The translations under genes and the position numbers were made by a program. From Fibrobacteria bacterium (GTDB taxonomy: Bacteria; Fibrobacterota; Fibrobacteria; UBA11236), in assembly GCA_041746255.1 (NCBI GenBank), contig JBGTHM010000067.1:1-64000 (forward strand): a DNA stretch of 64,000 nucleotides. Reading direction: 5' to 3'. The notes below the pieces were generated by a model. The model was not told the origin of the DNA, made no database searches, and saw nothing but the letters and a program-made list of their open reading frames with translations. Positions 1 through 9,872 of this stretch are shown here, in pieces; within the stretch, counting starts at the first letter, position 1, and the number at the start of each line of letters is the position of its first letter.

Positions 1-162
1 AGGCCAGCTTGTTCCGGTGCTCTTGTTCACTGCATGCTGCGGGCGTATCCTACGGTGGGACAATGCCCCCCGTAGGCTTCGCCCTCGCATATCAGCCCAA
101 ACTCGAAAAACCGCTTCACCCTCCGCCAACGATATGCGCTAAACCATGCCCGGGATTTGGAA

Positions 163-399
163 TTACTTCTTTTTCTTTTTTGCCGGCAAAGCTCGAGACC
201 AATCCACGACTTTTCCGTTGATCTCGATTCTTTTTAAATCTACCGCTTTTTTAGCATGTTCGATTTCTAGGGCGCTGAGTTCATTCTTATCGGTATAAAA
301 GGCAACTACACGGCTATTCAGGTTTTCACCCTCAACTTCCTTATCTTTTCTGAATTGGATATACAGCGTGTCTGTCTCGGGTGTGTATTCAAAAATCAT
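163..399 (-). CDS. DUF2283 domain protein (antitoxin-like)
   Basis: 78 aa; N-terminal Y-x-x-x-x-D-T-L-Y-I-x-F and later ALEI motif typical of DUF2283. Confidence 0.75.
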   Translation of the reverse strand: MIFEYTPETDTLYIQFRKDKEVEGENLNSRVVAFYTDKNELSALEIEHAKKAVDLKRIEINGKVVDWSRALPAKKKKK

Positions 400-563
400 T
401 TTAACCGTCCCAGTCGTTTTCTATATCCTCTATCGAGGAATGCAATTGCGGATACCTGATCAACATGCCCTGGCTTTTCTCTTGATTTGGCAAAATAGGG
501 GCTGAACCCGAAGAGCTTTTCCCTCTTAGCTCTCAGCTTTGCCGGCCAATTTTCTTCGCCCAT
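396..563 (-). pseudogene. Small 55-aa ORF, possible degenerate toxin partner of the DUF2283 gene
   Basis: Hand-translated MGEENW...AIAFLDRGYRKRLGRLK*; stop overlaps the DUF2283 start (ATGA); the C-terminal AFLDRG resembles the (H)NAF(F/P)DR end of small proteins I recall preceding DUF2283 genes. Confidence 0.3.
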
Positions 564-760
564 TTCTTGAATTTATTCATTTTTAGGCATTGTGTCCTCG
601 CGGTGCCGCCACCTATCCCAAAATTCCATTTTTAACCTTGTTTCTTGGTAACCATTCCACCAATCTACCTTGCAAACCAGTATTTGCTGATAGAGGGATT
701 TTTTTCGTCTTGAATTCTTTGACAGAAGACTTGCGGAATCAGCACATCCAATCGCTGGAT

Positions 761-882
761 GGAGTCGTCGGCTATCCGGGACAGGGATTGACTGGCAAAA
801 GAGTAAGCGCCTGCGCGAAGCTTAGAGCGAACTTCCGCGCACCCTGACATCAGATTTTCAACTGTGAATTTCCGACGACTCC
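761..882. repeat. ~122-bp element bounded by a perfect 11-bp inverted repeat (MITE-like or structured RNA)
   Basis: GGAGTCGTCGG (761-771) and CCGACGACTCC (872-882); nested internal stems CAGGG/CCCTG and GCGCGAAG/CTTCCGCGC. Confidence 0.45.
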
Positions 883-1151
883 TAGCGCCCGAAGCGTTTC
901 CGGGATTCCTCCCAGGCTTTAACCCTTTCCACTTCCCGGTCGCGGGCCGGCGCGCTGGTCACCAGGGAATTGACCAGGCTTCTGGCGGCGACGGTTACTT
1001 CCGCAACCGCCCGATTGAAAGCCTCTTCATTTGCCTGGGAAGGTTTATTGAATCCGCTGAGCTTGCGTACGAATTGCAAAGCCGAAGCCTGGATTTCCTC
1101 CTCAGTTGCGGGTGGTTCGAAATTGAAAAGCGTTTTGATGTTACGGCACAT
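882..1151 (-). CDS. DUF2277 domain protein
   Basis: MCRNIKTLFNFEPPAT-EEI-A-ALQFVRKLSG signature. Confidence 0.9.
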   Translation of the reverse strand: MCRNIKTLFNFEPPATEEEIQASALQFVRKLSGFNKPSQANEEAFNRAVAEVTVAARSLVNSLVTSAPARDREVERVKAWEESRKRFGR

Positions 1152-1249
1152 TTTTGATCCACTTATCCGTTAGTATTGCCGGGCGGGTATTTCTACTTAG
1201 GCAGCGACTCGTTCTGGTCCGCGCTGAACAACGGCTTCCCTTAATCAGA

Positions 1250-2620
1250 CTAACTCAGGCCGACTTCCATGGACGCCTTTTCCCAAACAGATGAAATCGG
1301 CACCCACTGTGCCGACACCGCCATTGCCCGATTTTCGGAACCGGAAAATCCAGTCCAGGAATCGATTTCGTTCCTTGCTTTGGCTTCGGCTGCGAATTCA
1401 TTCTCGGATACCCGAACGCTCGCTTCCGCCGATACTTTTTGCGCCTCGCGGATGATGGACAACAATTGCTCCGCGCGTTGAGCCCAGGAATAATTCTTGC
1501 GCACCAGGTCTTGCCCCTGGCGGGCTCCGGTTTCCCGACGGTCCGGGCGGTCAAGAAGATTTTTTATCGTGGCGAAAAAAGTTTCGGGATCGCGTTCACA
1601 GACAAAAACGCAATTTTTAGCCGCCGGGTCCAGTCCCTCCGCGGTTACGGGGGTTGTCAGCACCGGGGCCCCGGCGGCCATGCCTTCGAGAACCTTGTTC
1701 TGAATGCCGCGCGCCACGTCCAGGGGAATCACCACCAGAGCCGCCCGCTCCAGATAGGGCCGCACGTCAACGACATAATCGGTCACCTCCACGCCCGGCC
1801 TGCGTGCCAATTCAAGCACTTCGGCTACGGGCTTGCCGCCTACGATGGAAAAGCGCGCATCGGGATAACGTTCCCGAATGAGGGGCCATATCCGTTCCAC
1901 GAAGTAAATCACCGCTTCGACATTGGGCGGATAATTCATAACGCCGATGAAAACAAAATAATTCGCCTCCGGTTGTCTTTTGACCCGGCTGAAGAATTCG
2001 AAATCGACGCCGTTTTGCAAAACCTGGGGCGTCGCGCCGGGAATCAAACGGGAGAAAAGATCCACTTCGCGCTGGGTGACCAGGCAGGAGGCGGAAAATT
2101 CCGCCGCGATACGCTTTTCATACGCCAACAGCAGCGCCGCTTCACGAGCATAAACGAAACGTTTCAACGCCGAGGGACTTTTTTCCGCCAGGTCTTTCCA
2201 CTTTTGGGAGTCGACGTCACAAAAATGGATGACGCGCGTTTGCCCACCCTGATTTTCCACATATTGGGCCATGGAGGAGGAAAACACGACGATGGCATCG
2301 ATGGGAACCTCAATGAGAAAATCCCGAACCTTGTGCATGAGACTCCGGCGCCGGAAATAGCCCAAAGTCAAAGGTTCGCCGGTGAGAAAAGACAGGGCCA
2401 TACCCCAAAGCGAAGTCAGCCGAGTGCGACGGGCCACCAGCGCGGTGGCTCCCATGCGTCTCACGGTTTGCACGAAACGCCGCTCCAACGCCGATTCGGT
2501 CAGGGTCGCAACATAGACGTCGTGGTGGCGCGACAGGTATTTGATATGGTGATAAGTGGGTATCTTGTCCCCCCGATCGGGAGGAAAAGGAAAGCGTTGG
2601 CATAAGTACAGGATTCGCAC
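1250..2620 (-). CDS. GT4 glycosyltransferase (TIGR03087-like, PEP-CTERM/XrtA-associated type)
   Basis: RFPFPPDRGDKI N-terminus, DVDSQKW, ARGIQNKVLEGMA; GTG start. Confidence 0.9.
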   Translation of the reverse strand: MRILYLCQRFPFPPDRGDKIPTYHHIKYLSRHHDVYVATLTESALERRFVQTVRRMGATALVARRTRLTSLWGMALSFLTGEPLTLGYFRRRSLMHKVRDFLIEVPIDAIVVFSSSMAQYVENQGGQTRVIHFCDVDSQKWKDLAEKSPSALKRFVYAREAALLLAYEKRIAAEFSASCLVTQREVDLFSRLIPGATPQVLQNGVDFEFFSRVKRQPEANYFVFIGVMNYPPNVEAVIYFVERIWPLIRERYPDARFSIVGGKPVAEVLELARRPGVEVTDYVVDVRPYLERAALVVIPLDVARGIQNKVLEGMAAGAPVLTTPVTAEGLDPAAKNCVFVCERDPETFFATIKNLLDRPDRRETGARQGQDLVRKNYSWAQRAEQLLSIIREAQKVSAEASVRVSENEFAAEAKARNEIDSWTGFSGSENRAMAVSAQWVPISSVWEKASMEVGLS

Positions 2621-2707
2621 TCAATAACTTCCTTGTTCCATAAGACACTACCCCGACTCGCAAGCCAACCCTGGAGGAATCGCGGGAAGGAGCGTATAAT
2701 TTAGCCA

Positions 2708-3874
2708 ATGTCGACCATGCCAGGGGCAAAATCGCCGAATATTCCCGTACGAATCGCCCACCTGGTGCTCGGGCTTCCCGTAGGCGGAACCGAAACCCTG
2801 GTCTATCAAATGCTTAAAAATCCCCCCGAAGGTTTCCTCGCCTCCGCAATATGCCTGGACCAGAAAGGCGTCCTCGGCGAGCGGGCCGAAAACGAAGGGA
2901 TTTCCGTTGCTTGCCTGAATCGCCGCCCGGGTCTCGATTGGCGGCTTCCCTGGCGCATCGCGCGCTATTGCCGGAGCCGGGAGGTCGACATCCTCCATTG
3001 CCACCATTATACCCCCTGGTTTTACGGAATTCTAGCGCGAATGCTGCGCCCGAAAACGCGGGTGGTTTTCACCGAACATGGACGCCTCCATCCCGATCCC
3101 CCTTCGCCTAAACGACGCCTATTCAATCGGGTCATGGAACGATATACCCACCGTATCACTGCGGTTTCCCCGGCCACCGCCGAGGCTCTGGTCGAGGTCG
3201 AAGCCTTTGATAAGAACCGGGTAGAGGTAGTGTATAACGGCGTAGACGGTGGAGTATATGACCGCGATGGCGACAGGGACAGTAACCGTACTGCCTTGCG
3301 CGCCCGTTTCGGTTTAAGGCCCGACTTCGTTTATTTCGCCTTGTGCTGCCGTTTCGACTCCATCAAATGGCTCGACGGTCTCGTCCAGGCTGTGGCCGAG
3401 GTCAAAAACGCCCACCCTGAAACGGGACTGCTGCTGCTGGGCGACGGCGACATGCGGCCCAAGTTGGAGGCGATGGTTAAAACACTCGGGTTGGAAGAGA
3501 ATGTGGTCATGCCGGGATTTCGATCGGATGTGGCGGATTGGCTCCACGCCGCCGATGTTTTCGTACTTTCCAGCCATAGCGAGGGCACCAGCGTCAGTTT
3601 GATAGAATCGATGGCCGCGGGACTGCCCGCGGTAGTCACCCGGGTGGGAGGAAATGTGCATATTGTCACGGAAGGTGAAAATGGGCTGCTGGTGCCTCCC
3701 GCCGACGTGCATGCCTTGGCCGCCGCCATGTTGATATTCGCCCGCGACCCGAAAAAGCGCCGGCTCATGGGAGCGGCCGCCCGCCGCCGTTTCCGGGAAA
3801 ATTTTCGCCTGGAAAAAATGTTCGCAAAATACGCCACCCTGTATCATGCGGTGCTGAACGGAAGGAACGCATGA
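2708..3874 (+). CDS. GT4 glycosyltransferase (TIGR03088-like)
   Basis: GGTE, FTEHG, SHSEGTSVSLIESMAAGLP (EX7E motif). Confidence 0.9.
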   Translation: MSTMPGAKSPNIPVRIAHLVLGLPVGGTETLVYQMLKNPPEGFLASAICLDQKGVLGERAENEGISVACLNRRPGLDWRLPWRIARYCRSREVDILHCHHYTPWFYGILARMLRPKTRVVFTEHGRLHPDPPSPKRRLFNRVMERYTHRITAVSPATAEALVEVEAFDKNRVEVVYNGVDGGVYDRDGDRDSNRTALRARFGLRPDFVYFALCCRFDSIKWLDGLVQAVAEVKNAHPETGLLLLGDGDMRPKLEAMVKTLGLEENVVMPGFRSDVADWLHAADVFVLSSHSEGTSVSLIESMAAGLPAVVTRVGGNVHIVTEGENGLLVPPADVHALAAAMLIFARDPKKRRLMGAAARRRFRENFRLEKMFAKYATLYHAVLNGRNA

Positions 3875-4536
3875 AACGACTGGCCAAACGTACCGCCTAC
3901 GCCCTGTTCACCCTCTTGGCCATCCCCGTCTGGATGCTTTACCGCTTGCAAAGCCTGGTGCTGGATAAAAACATCTCCTTCTACGATTACTCCCAATTGA
4001 TGAGCCTGTTTCCGGGAACGTTGGGGAATTACCTGCGCTACGGTTTCTACCGTCTCACGCTCAAACGATTAGGCGAAGACGCATGCATTTGTTTCGGGGC
4101 CACGCTCGCCCATCCCGAAATCGAAATCGATAAGGGCGCTTATATCGGACCTTTTTGCAATCTCGGGTTGTGTTCCATCGGCGAAGCGGCCTTGCTGGGC
4201 ACCGGCGTGCATGTTCTCAGCGGTTTGCATCAGCATGGCAGCGACGATTTGGAAACGCCCATGCGCGACCAACCGGGTCGGCTCGAAAGGATAAAAGTGG
4301 GTAAGTATTCCTGGGTGGGCAATAAGGCCGTCATCGCCGCCGATGTGGGAGAGAAATCGATAGTGGGAGCCGGTAGCTTGGTCTTGCGTGAAATTCCCGC
4401 GTATGCCGTCGCCGCGGGGAATCCCGCTAAGGTTTTTCGCGACCGGCGGGAGCGAAGCAACCAGGGTCATTCCGGGGCGGAAGATACCCCCTCGTCCCCG
4501 GCCTCGAATCCGGAACCCGGCAACGAAATTCCATGA
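3871..4536 (+). CDS. Hexapeptide-repeat (LbH) O-acyltransferase
   Basis: Repeats such as IDKGAYIG, IGEAALLG, VGKYSWVG and AAGNPAK; ATGA-coupled to the upstream GT. Confidence 0.85.
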   Translation: MKRLAKRTAYALFTLLAIPVWMLYRLQSLVLDKNISFYDYSQLMSLFPGTLGNYLRYGFYRLTLKRLGEDACICFGATLAHPEIEIDKGAYIGPFCNLGLCSIGEAALLGTGVHVLSGLHQHGSDDLETPMRDQPGRLERIKVGKYSWVGNKAVIAADVGEKSIVGAGSLVLREIPAYAVAAGNPAKVFRDRRERSNQGHSGAEDTPSSPASNPEPGNEIP

Positions 4537-7175
4537 ATGCCTTTCCCGTAGCGGTATTGCGCCTCAAGGCGCCGTCCGGCGCCAAATCCGGGGTGCATCC
4601 CGTGCAAGCGGGGATGCCCTTGCCCGCGGGGTTCGCGCGTGCACGCAAAGACCTGCGGCTGGTCACCCACGAAGGGCGCACCATACCTTGCGATATCGAT
4701 CCGCTACTGTCATGGCCCGACGGCAGTTTCAAATGGGTGCGTTTACGGTTCTTGGTGCGTTGGGAGGGTGATGAAAGCGAACGCGAGTTCCGCCTGGCCT
4801 CCACCGAAGGACTTGCCTCACCGCTACCCCCGACTCCTTTCATGGTGGAGCAAAAGGAAAACCAAATCCAGGTGCATACGGGCACAGCCCTTTTCACCCT
4901 GGACAGACGCGAACTCTTCCCCTTCCGCCAGGTTAACGTGGCGCGTCAGGATCTATTGCGCGAAAGCGTCCAGGCGCCCGTATTGCTGCGCGACGCGCGC
5001 GGCCGATCCTACCGGTTGCAGCTCGAGGATTTGCATAGCGAATACGACGGCCGCCTGTGGCATGTGCTGGAATGGCGGGGACATTTACGCGATGCCTGGG
5101 GCCGACGCTTCTGCCGTGCTTTCGGCAGCATCTCTTTTTTCGCGGGTACGGCTTTAAGCCGCATCGAAATTACCCTTTGGAATTCCGAGGCCGCGCGACA
5201 CCCGAATGGGCTGTGGGACTTGGGCGACCCCGGGTCGCGTTGCTTCCGCTCCTTTACCATGCCATTCCCGCTTTCGGAAATCCAGCCCTGGCGATCCACG
5301 CTCTCCCTTAATCCCGATGCGGAATCGCTTACCTGCCCGGACGCGGGCTGCGTACATCAAAGCGGTTCCGGCCATGATAATTGGGAAAGCCTGGCGCATG
5401 TCGACCGCCTGAACAGGGTAACGCCCCAGTTTCGGGGATTCCGATACAGCACCGGTAAATCGCCGGAAACGAAAACCGGCGAGGGAGACCGGGCGAATCC
5501 GGCCCTATGGATGGACAGCGGCGAGTTTCAAGCGGCCTTCGCCTTGGAGGATTTCTGGCAGCGTTTTCCCAGCCGTCTTTCGGTAAGCGGCGCGGACGTC
5601 GGCGTGGAGCCGTTTCCAGAAGCCGATGGACAGGAATTCGAATTGCAAGGAGGAGAACGCGCGCGTTTTGTCATCTGGGCGGACTTCGCGCCCGAAGCGC
5701 GCCATGCTTCGGGGGCCCTGCCCGCCGCGCGCCAACCCCTGCTGGCCGTACCTGATGCCCATTGGGTCGCCGCCTCCCAGGCCATTCCCCACCTCCGTCC
5801 CTGCCAACAGGCGAAGGACCCCTTGACGGCTTCGCTGCTGGAAGCGGCCTTGGAAGAAAGCAGCGGACTTTTTTCTTTGCGGGAGAAATTTCAGGAATTC
5901 GGTTGGCGGAATTTCGGCGAGGTTCCCGCCGACCATGAAAAACAGCATTATAACGGCAAGCGCGAATTCATCTCACACTATAACAACCAATACGACCTTG
6001 TCTTGTCTTTTTTGCACCGGTTCCTCCAAGGCGGCGATACCCGTTGGCTACAACTTGGGCGCGACTTGGCGCTTCATGTAGAAAATCACGATATTTATCA
6101 CACCAAAAAGGATAAATCCGCCTATAACGGAGGCTACTTCTGGCACACGGCGCATTATATGCATGCGGGCACTGCCACGCACCGCACTTTCTCCCGCCGC
6201 GCGGTGGAAACAGGTTCGTTACCTCCAGGGTTCGGAGGCGGTCCTTCGAATGAACACAATTACACTTCGGGCTTGGCGCTTTATCATTTGCTGTCGGGCG
6301 ATTCGAACCTGAAAAACACCGTCCTCGACCTAGCCGCCTGGGTGGAGAACATGCAAAACGGCGACTTGACGCCTTTTCGCTTTCTCGCGCGCGGAAAAAC
6401 CGGCCTAGCCACCTGCACCCGCCATCTGGAGTTTCAAGGGCCGGGACGGGGAGCCGGTTACTCCATCAACGCCTGTCTGGACGCTTATATCCTGGGCGAG
6501 GACAGGCGCTGGCTGGTTTTGGCCGAGGAATTCATCGCCACCTGCATCCATCCCCACGACAACCCCGAAGCCATGGGCCTTTTGCATCGCGAGGACCGAT
6601 GGTCCTACGTGGTCTTTTTACAAATACTGGGCCGGTATTTGGAAGAGAAGCGATCGCTACGGGAATTCGACGCGCCCTTTTGGTATGCCCGCGAATCGCT
6701 GCTGGCCTATGCACGTTGGATGGCCCGCCGCGAATACCCTTATTTGGATAAGCCCGAAGAGCTGGAGTTTCCCACCTCCGCGTGGGCGGCGCAGGAGTTC
6801 CGCAAGCCCGCCGTTTTCGCACTGGCGGCGCGATTCGGCCCCGCCGAAGACGCACCGGGCTTTTCGGAGCGCGCGGCGTTTTTTCTGAGGCGGGCGCGGG
6901 AGGATCTGCAAAAGTTTGAGGACCGCGCTTCGGTGCGCAATCTGGCCATTGTGCTTTACTGCCTGCCGGTTTTGGAAGCCTGGGAAAGCGACGACCGCTG
7001 GAACCTGGGATTGGTGCCCCCACGCAGATCGACTTTCACCTCCCGGCGCGAATTACTACCACAAAAAATAGTGGCTAGGCATCGCGCCAAACGCATTTTA
7101 AGTACGGGGGGTTTGGCGGGGCTGGTTTATCTGGCGGGATATATCCGCAAGCGGATGGATGAGGCGGAGGGGTAA
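4533..7175 (+). CDS. PcRGLX/YetA-like protein (exo-rhamnogalacturonan lyase-like fold), function unknown
   Basis: N-terminal GMPLP...WPDGSFKW RIFT-barrel-like motif; FGWRNFGE-x-x-x-DHE and YNNQYD in an alpha/alpha toroid-like region; ATGA-coupled. Confidence 0.65.
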   Translation: MNAFPVAVLRLKAPSGAKSGVHPVQAGMPLPAGFARARKDLRLVTHEGRTIPCDIDPLLSWPDGSFKWVRLRFLVRWEGDESEREFRLASTEGLASPLPPTPFMVEQKENQIQVHTGTALFTLDRRELFPFRQVNVARQDLLRESVQAPVLLRDARGRSYRLQLEDLHSEYDGRLWHVLEWRGHLRDAWGRRFCRAFGSISFFAGTALSRIEITLWNSEAARHPNGLWDLGDPGSRCFRSFTMPFPLSEIQPWRSTLSLNPDAESLTCPDAGCVHQSGSGHDNWESLAHVDRLNRVTPQFRGFRYSTGKSPETKTGEGDRANPALWMDSGEFQAAFALEDFWQRFPSRLSVSGADVGVEPFPEADGQEFELQGGERARFVIWADFAPEARHASGALPAARQPLLAVPDAHWVAASQAIPHLRPCQQAKDPLTASLLEAALEESSGLFSLREKFQEFGWRNFGEVPADHEKQHYNGKREFISHYNNQYDLVLSFLHRFLQGGDTRWLQLGRDLALHVENHDIYHTKKDKSAYNGGYFWHTAHYMHAGTATHRTFSRRAVETGSLPPGFGGGPSNEHNYTSGLALYHLLSGDSNLKNTVLDLAAWVENMQNGDLTPFRFLARGKTGLATCTRHLEFQGPGRGAGYSINACLDAYILGEDRRWLVLAEEFIATCIHPHDNPEAMGLLHREDRWSYVVFLQILGRYLEEKRSLREFDAPFWYARESLLAYARWMARREYPYLDKPEELEFPTSAWAAQEFRKPAVFALAARFGPAEDAPGFSERAAFFLRRAREDLQKFEDRASVRNLAIVLYCLPVLEAWESDDRWNLGLVPPRRSTFTSRRELLPQKIVARHRAKRILSTGGLAGLVYLAGYIRKRMDEAEG

Positions 7176-7211
7176 GTTATTGGGAAGTAGGAAACCGCTG
7201 CAAATACGGGT

Positions 7212-9872
7212 CTAACGCAAGACGATGGGCAACACAGTCCGTGCCTTCCCCGGTGAATCGATTTGCAACAGATACAGTCCCGGAGCGGCTGTGCTCCCCT
7301 GTCGGTCTCCGCCCTTCCAGGTCCAATAACCTTCTCGTGCTCTCCCCGAAGCGTAGAAAACCGCCATCAATTTTCCCTGCACGTCGAACAATCGGGCATG
7401 GATTGCGGATGGGCTCCCGGCGGTGTCGGAGAACCGGTAATGGATACGTACATGCCGTCCGAAAATTTCGACGGACAGTTCCGGGCCGGCTCCTAAGGCC
7501 CTCCTCTCAGGCTGTTTCCGAATGGGGGCGTTTCCCTGGTCGTCCAGATCATCGATCTGCTTCAGGTAGGCGATTAGTTCCTCCATCTCGGTCCGGGTCA
7601 AATGCGAGGTCTTGCCATGTCTGTCTTGCGGATTGGCGTCTTCAAGAACATGCATCAGGGAAGGCGCAGAACCGTCATGCAAAAAGGGCCCTCCCGTCCA
7701 TACTCCTTTGAGTGTCGGCGTATCCATACCGAAAAGCGTGTCATTCATACGAAGTCCGGAGGAGGGTTTCTGGGTTCCCACGTCGTGTAGTAGAAACCCT
7801 TCGGCGGTACGGCGGCTGGCGGCGCCTTTGAATATGGATACGGACCCGGATAACGGAGGTGCATCGGCATCCGGCAGACGTGAATCGGTGAAATGCGGGG
7901 GAGTGTGACATTTAAAACAACCCACGTCTTCCCTGTTGAAAATCCCTCTGCCCCTCCTGCCGGCTTCCGTGAGGGAACCATCGCCGTTACGATAGGGACT
8001 GGACGGCACTCGAATAAGCGAGGATACGTAGGCCGCCAGTGCATCGAGCTCCGGCGAAAGCCCCGCTTTTTTGTCGCCCAGTGACTGGTTGCGGGTTCCG
8101 CTAAGCCATAGACCCTCTTCCAGAAATCCCTTTCCTGCAAAAGGACCACGAATATCTTGTTCGAAATCCTGGATTTCATCGAAGTTCGCGCTCCAGTGCA
8201 CCGGTCCATGTCCCATGCCGGCGCGGCCCCGGAGATCGGTCGTTCTTCTCAGGCCTTCGCCCCTGTCGGTGAAATCCCACACCCGGCCATCGGTTCCGCC
8301 GTCGATATGGCATACGACGCAGCTGATATAGCCGTCCTTGGACATACGGATGTCAGAGCTATTGTAAAAGATTTGCTTGCCTAAGAAGATTTCCGGCGTC
8401 AAAATCTCCTTGCCGACAGTCTTGACCCGCGCAACGGCGCCAGGTGTTTCCCAGCCCAGCCGGGAGACGTCGTAAACGCCCACTTCGCGCGAGAGGAAAT
8501 AATGGATAAAAAGCAAACTATCACCGACCGCTAGGACGCTGCCGATGGGAGCCAATTCCCTGCCTTCGCCGCGCGCGAGAAGATCCGGCGGATTATCCGG
8601 AGAAGACACCGAAGAAAAGTCTCCCAGAGAATGGGTCAGCAAAATGGGTGTCTGGTTGGTTCCTTGAGTGGTGAGAAACGCATAGCGTCCATATTTATCG
8701 AAGGCCACCGAAGATCCGATGGATCGATTGTCGACATCCTTGCGAAAAGCCATATCCTCGCGGTTTTCCCGCAAATCGATCCGGGCGATTAGGGTACGCA
8801 CCGTGGTCTGAAAATCAGGAATCCGGCCGTCCAGGGCTTGGCCCCTTTGAGTATTGGCTTTGGTGGCTGGGACCATGGCATAGCGGCCATCGGGTGTGAT
8901 GGAAATGGAGGTCAGGCCATTGGGAATACCCCGCCCGCTGGTGGCGCCGTCCTGCGACGTATCCGCTTCCAGGCGGAAAGTGCGCACGCGAGTGAAAGTG
9001 CTGCCGTCGACTTCCCAGACCTCCGCATGATCCGCCGCGCCGGGCGCGGTCATGGGTGAAATATGCCGGGTAACCAGCACGCGCATTCCATCGTGGCTAA
9101 CGGCTATGCCGCGTGGAGTGGGGCCCAGGTCCAGGAAGCCGGCTACCGATCGCGAGGCGGGTATGAGCTTGACCAGCTTGCCCGTCGCCTCCAGGGATGC
9201 ATAGGCCGTCTTGGTGTCCGGAGAGAAGGTTATGCCGTAAGGGCGGCTCGCAAAGGGAAGCCTCACGATATCCAGATGGCGTCCATCCTCGCCGGAAACC
9301 ACATGGAGGGTGGCATCATCCTGACACGCCACCCAGAGATTTCCATCGCCGTCCAAGGCGATAGTACGCGGATGTTTTCCCACGGGGACCTCGAACAGCA
9401 AGCGCGGATTGCGTGCGTCAATGGCGGAAATCGAATTGTGATCGGGATTGACCGCATAGACGCGTTGGCGGCGCGCATCATAAACAATGGTGGAAGAGCG
9501 GGTGGGACCCGGATCAGTGGGAGAGTACACCACTATCCGTGATGTGCTCAAGGGAATTTCCTCCCCTTCAATTCGGACGAATATGGTATAGGATCCGGGC
9601 TCCTTATACACATGCTGGGTCTCCTGACCCGAACCGTATGCCGTCCTCGGCGTACCGTCCCCAAACTCCCAAGCGATTCGAGGGTTGACGCCTGCGGGAC
9701 ATGTGATGGCGAAATGGGTGGGTGTGCCGACCAGAGCCGGTTTATCCACGCTGTCCAGTGAGCAAAGTTGGCCCAAAGCAACGCCGCACAAAGCCATCAG
9801 GAGCAATAGGCCTCGGGCTGCTGAGCATAGGAGCGGAGACCCTGACGGAGTCCCCGGGCGGCATCGGTTCAA
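7212..9872 (-). CDS. Secreted PKD + YVTN-type beta-propeller + diheme cytochrome c (bCcP/MauG-like) protein with FlgD-like C-terminal domain
   Basis: Signal-like hydrophobic stretch; WEFGDG (PKD); propeller repeats (VGKHP, LGPTPRGIA); two CxxCH motifs (CVVCH, CFKCH); DTPTLKGVW-x-x-GPFLHDGSA. Confidence 0.85.
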   Translation of the reverse strand: MNRCRPGTPSGSPLLCSAARGLLLLMALCGVALGQLCSLDSVDKPALVGTPTHFAITCPAGVNPRIAWEFGDGTPRTAYGSGQETQHVYKEPGSYTIFVRIEGEEIPLSTSRIVVYSPTDPGPTRSSTIVYDARRQRVYAVNPDHNSISAIDARNPRLLFEVPVGKHPRTIALDGDGNLWVACQDDATLHVVSGEDGRHLDIVRLPFASRPYGITFSPDTKTAYASLEATGKLVKLIPASRSVAGFLDLGPTPRGIAVSHDGMRVLVTRHISPMTAPGAADHAEVWEVDGSTFTRVRTFRLEADTSQDGATSGRGIPNGLTSISITPDGRYAMVPATKANTQRGQALDGRIPDFQTTVRTLIARIDLRENREDMAFRKDVDNRSIGSSVAFDKYGRYAFLTTQGTNQTPILLTHSLGDFSSVSSPDNPPDLLARGEGRELAPIGSVLAVGDSLLFIHYFLSREVGVYDVSRLGWETPGAVARVKTVGKEILTPEIFLGKQIFYNSSDIRMSKDGYISCVVCHIDGGTDGRVWDFTDRGEGLRRTTDLRGRAGMGHGPVHWSANFDEIQDFEQDIRGPFAGKGFLEEGLWLSGTRNQSLGDKKAGLSPELDALAAYVSSLIRVPSSPYRNGDGSLTEAGRRGRGIFNREDVGCFKCHTPPHFTDSRLPDADAPPLSGSVSIFKGAASRRTAEGFLLHDVGTQKPSSGLRMNDTLFGMDTPTLKGVWTGGPFLHDGSAPSLMHVLEDANPQDRHGKTSHLTRTEMEELIAYLKQIDDLDDQGNAPIRKQPERRALGAGPELSVEIFGRHVRIHYRFSDTAGSPSAIHARLFDVQGKLMAVFYASGRAREGYWTWKGGDRQGSTAAPGLYLLQIDSPGKARTVLPIVLR

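Noticed and set aside
49..76. Hairpin CCTACGG...CCGTAGG (REP- or terminator-like)
   Set aside because: Single copy seen, no U-tract, at the window edge; cannot be supported
1439..2605. 388-aa plus-strand ORF
   Set aside because: Antisense shadow of a clear GT4 gene; no recognisable motifs
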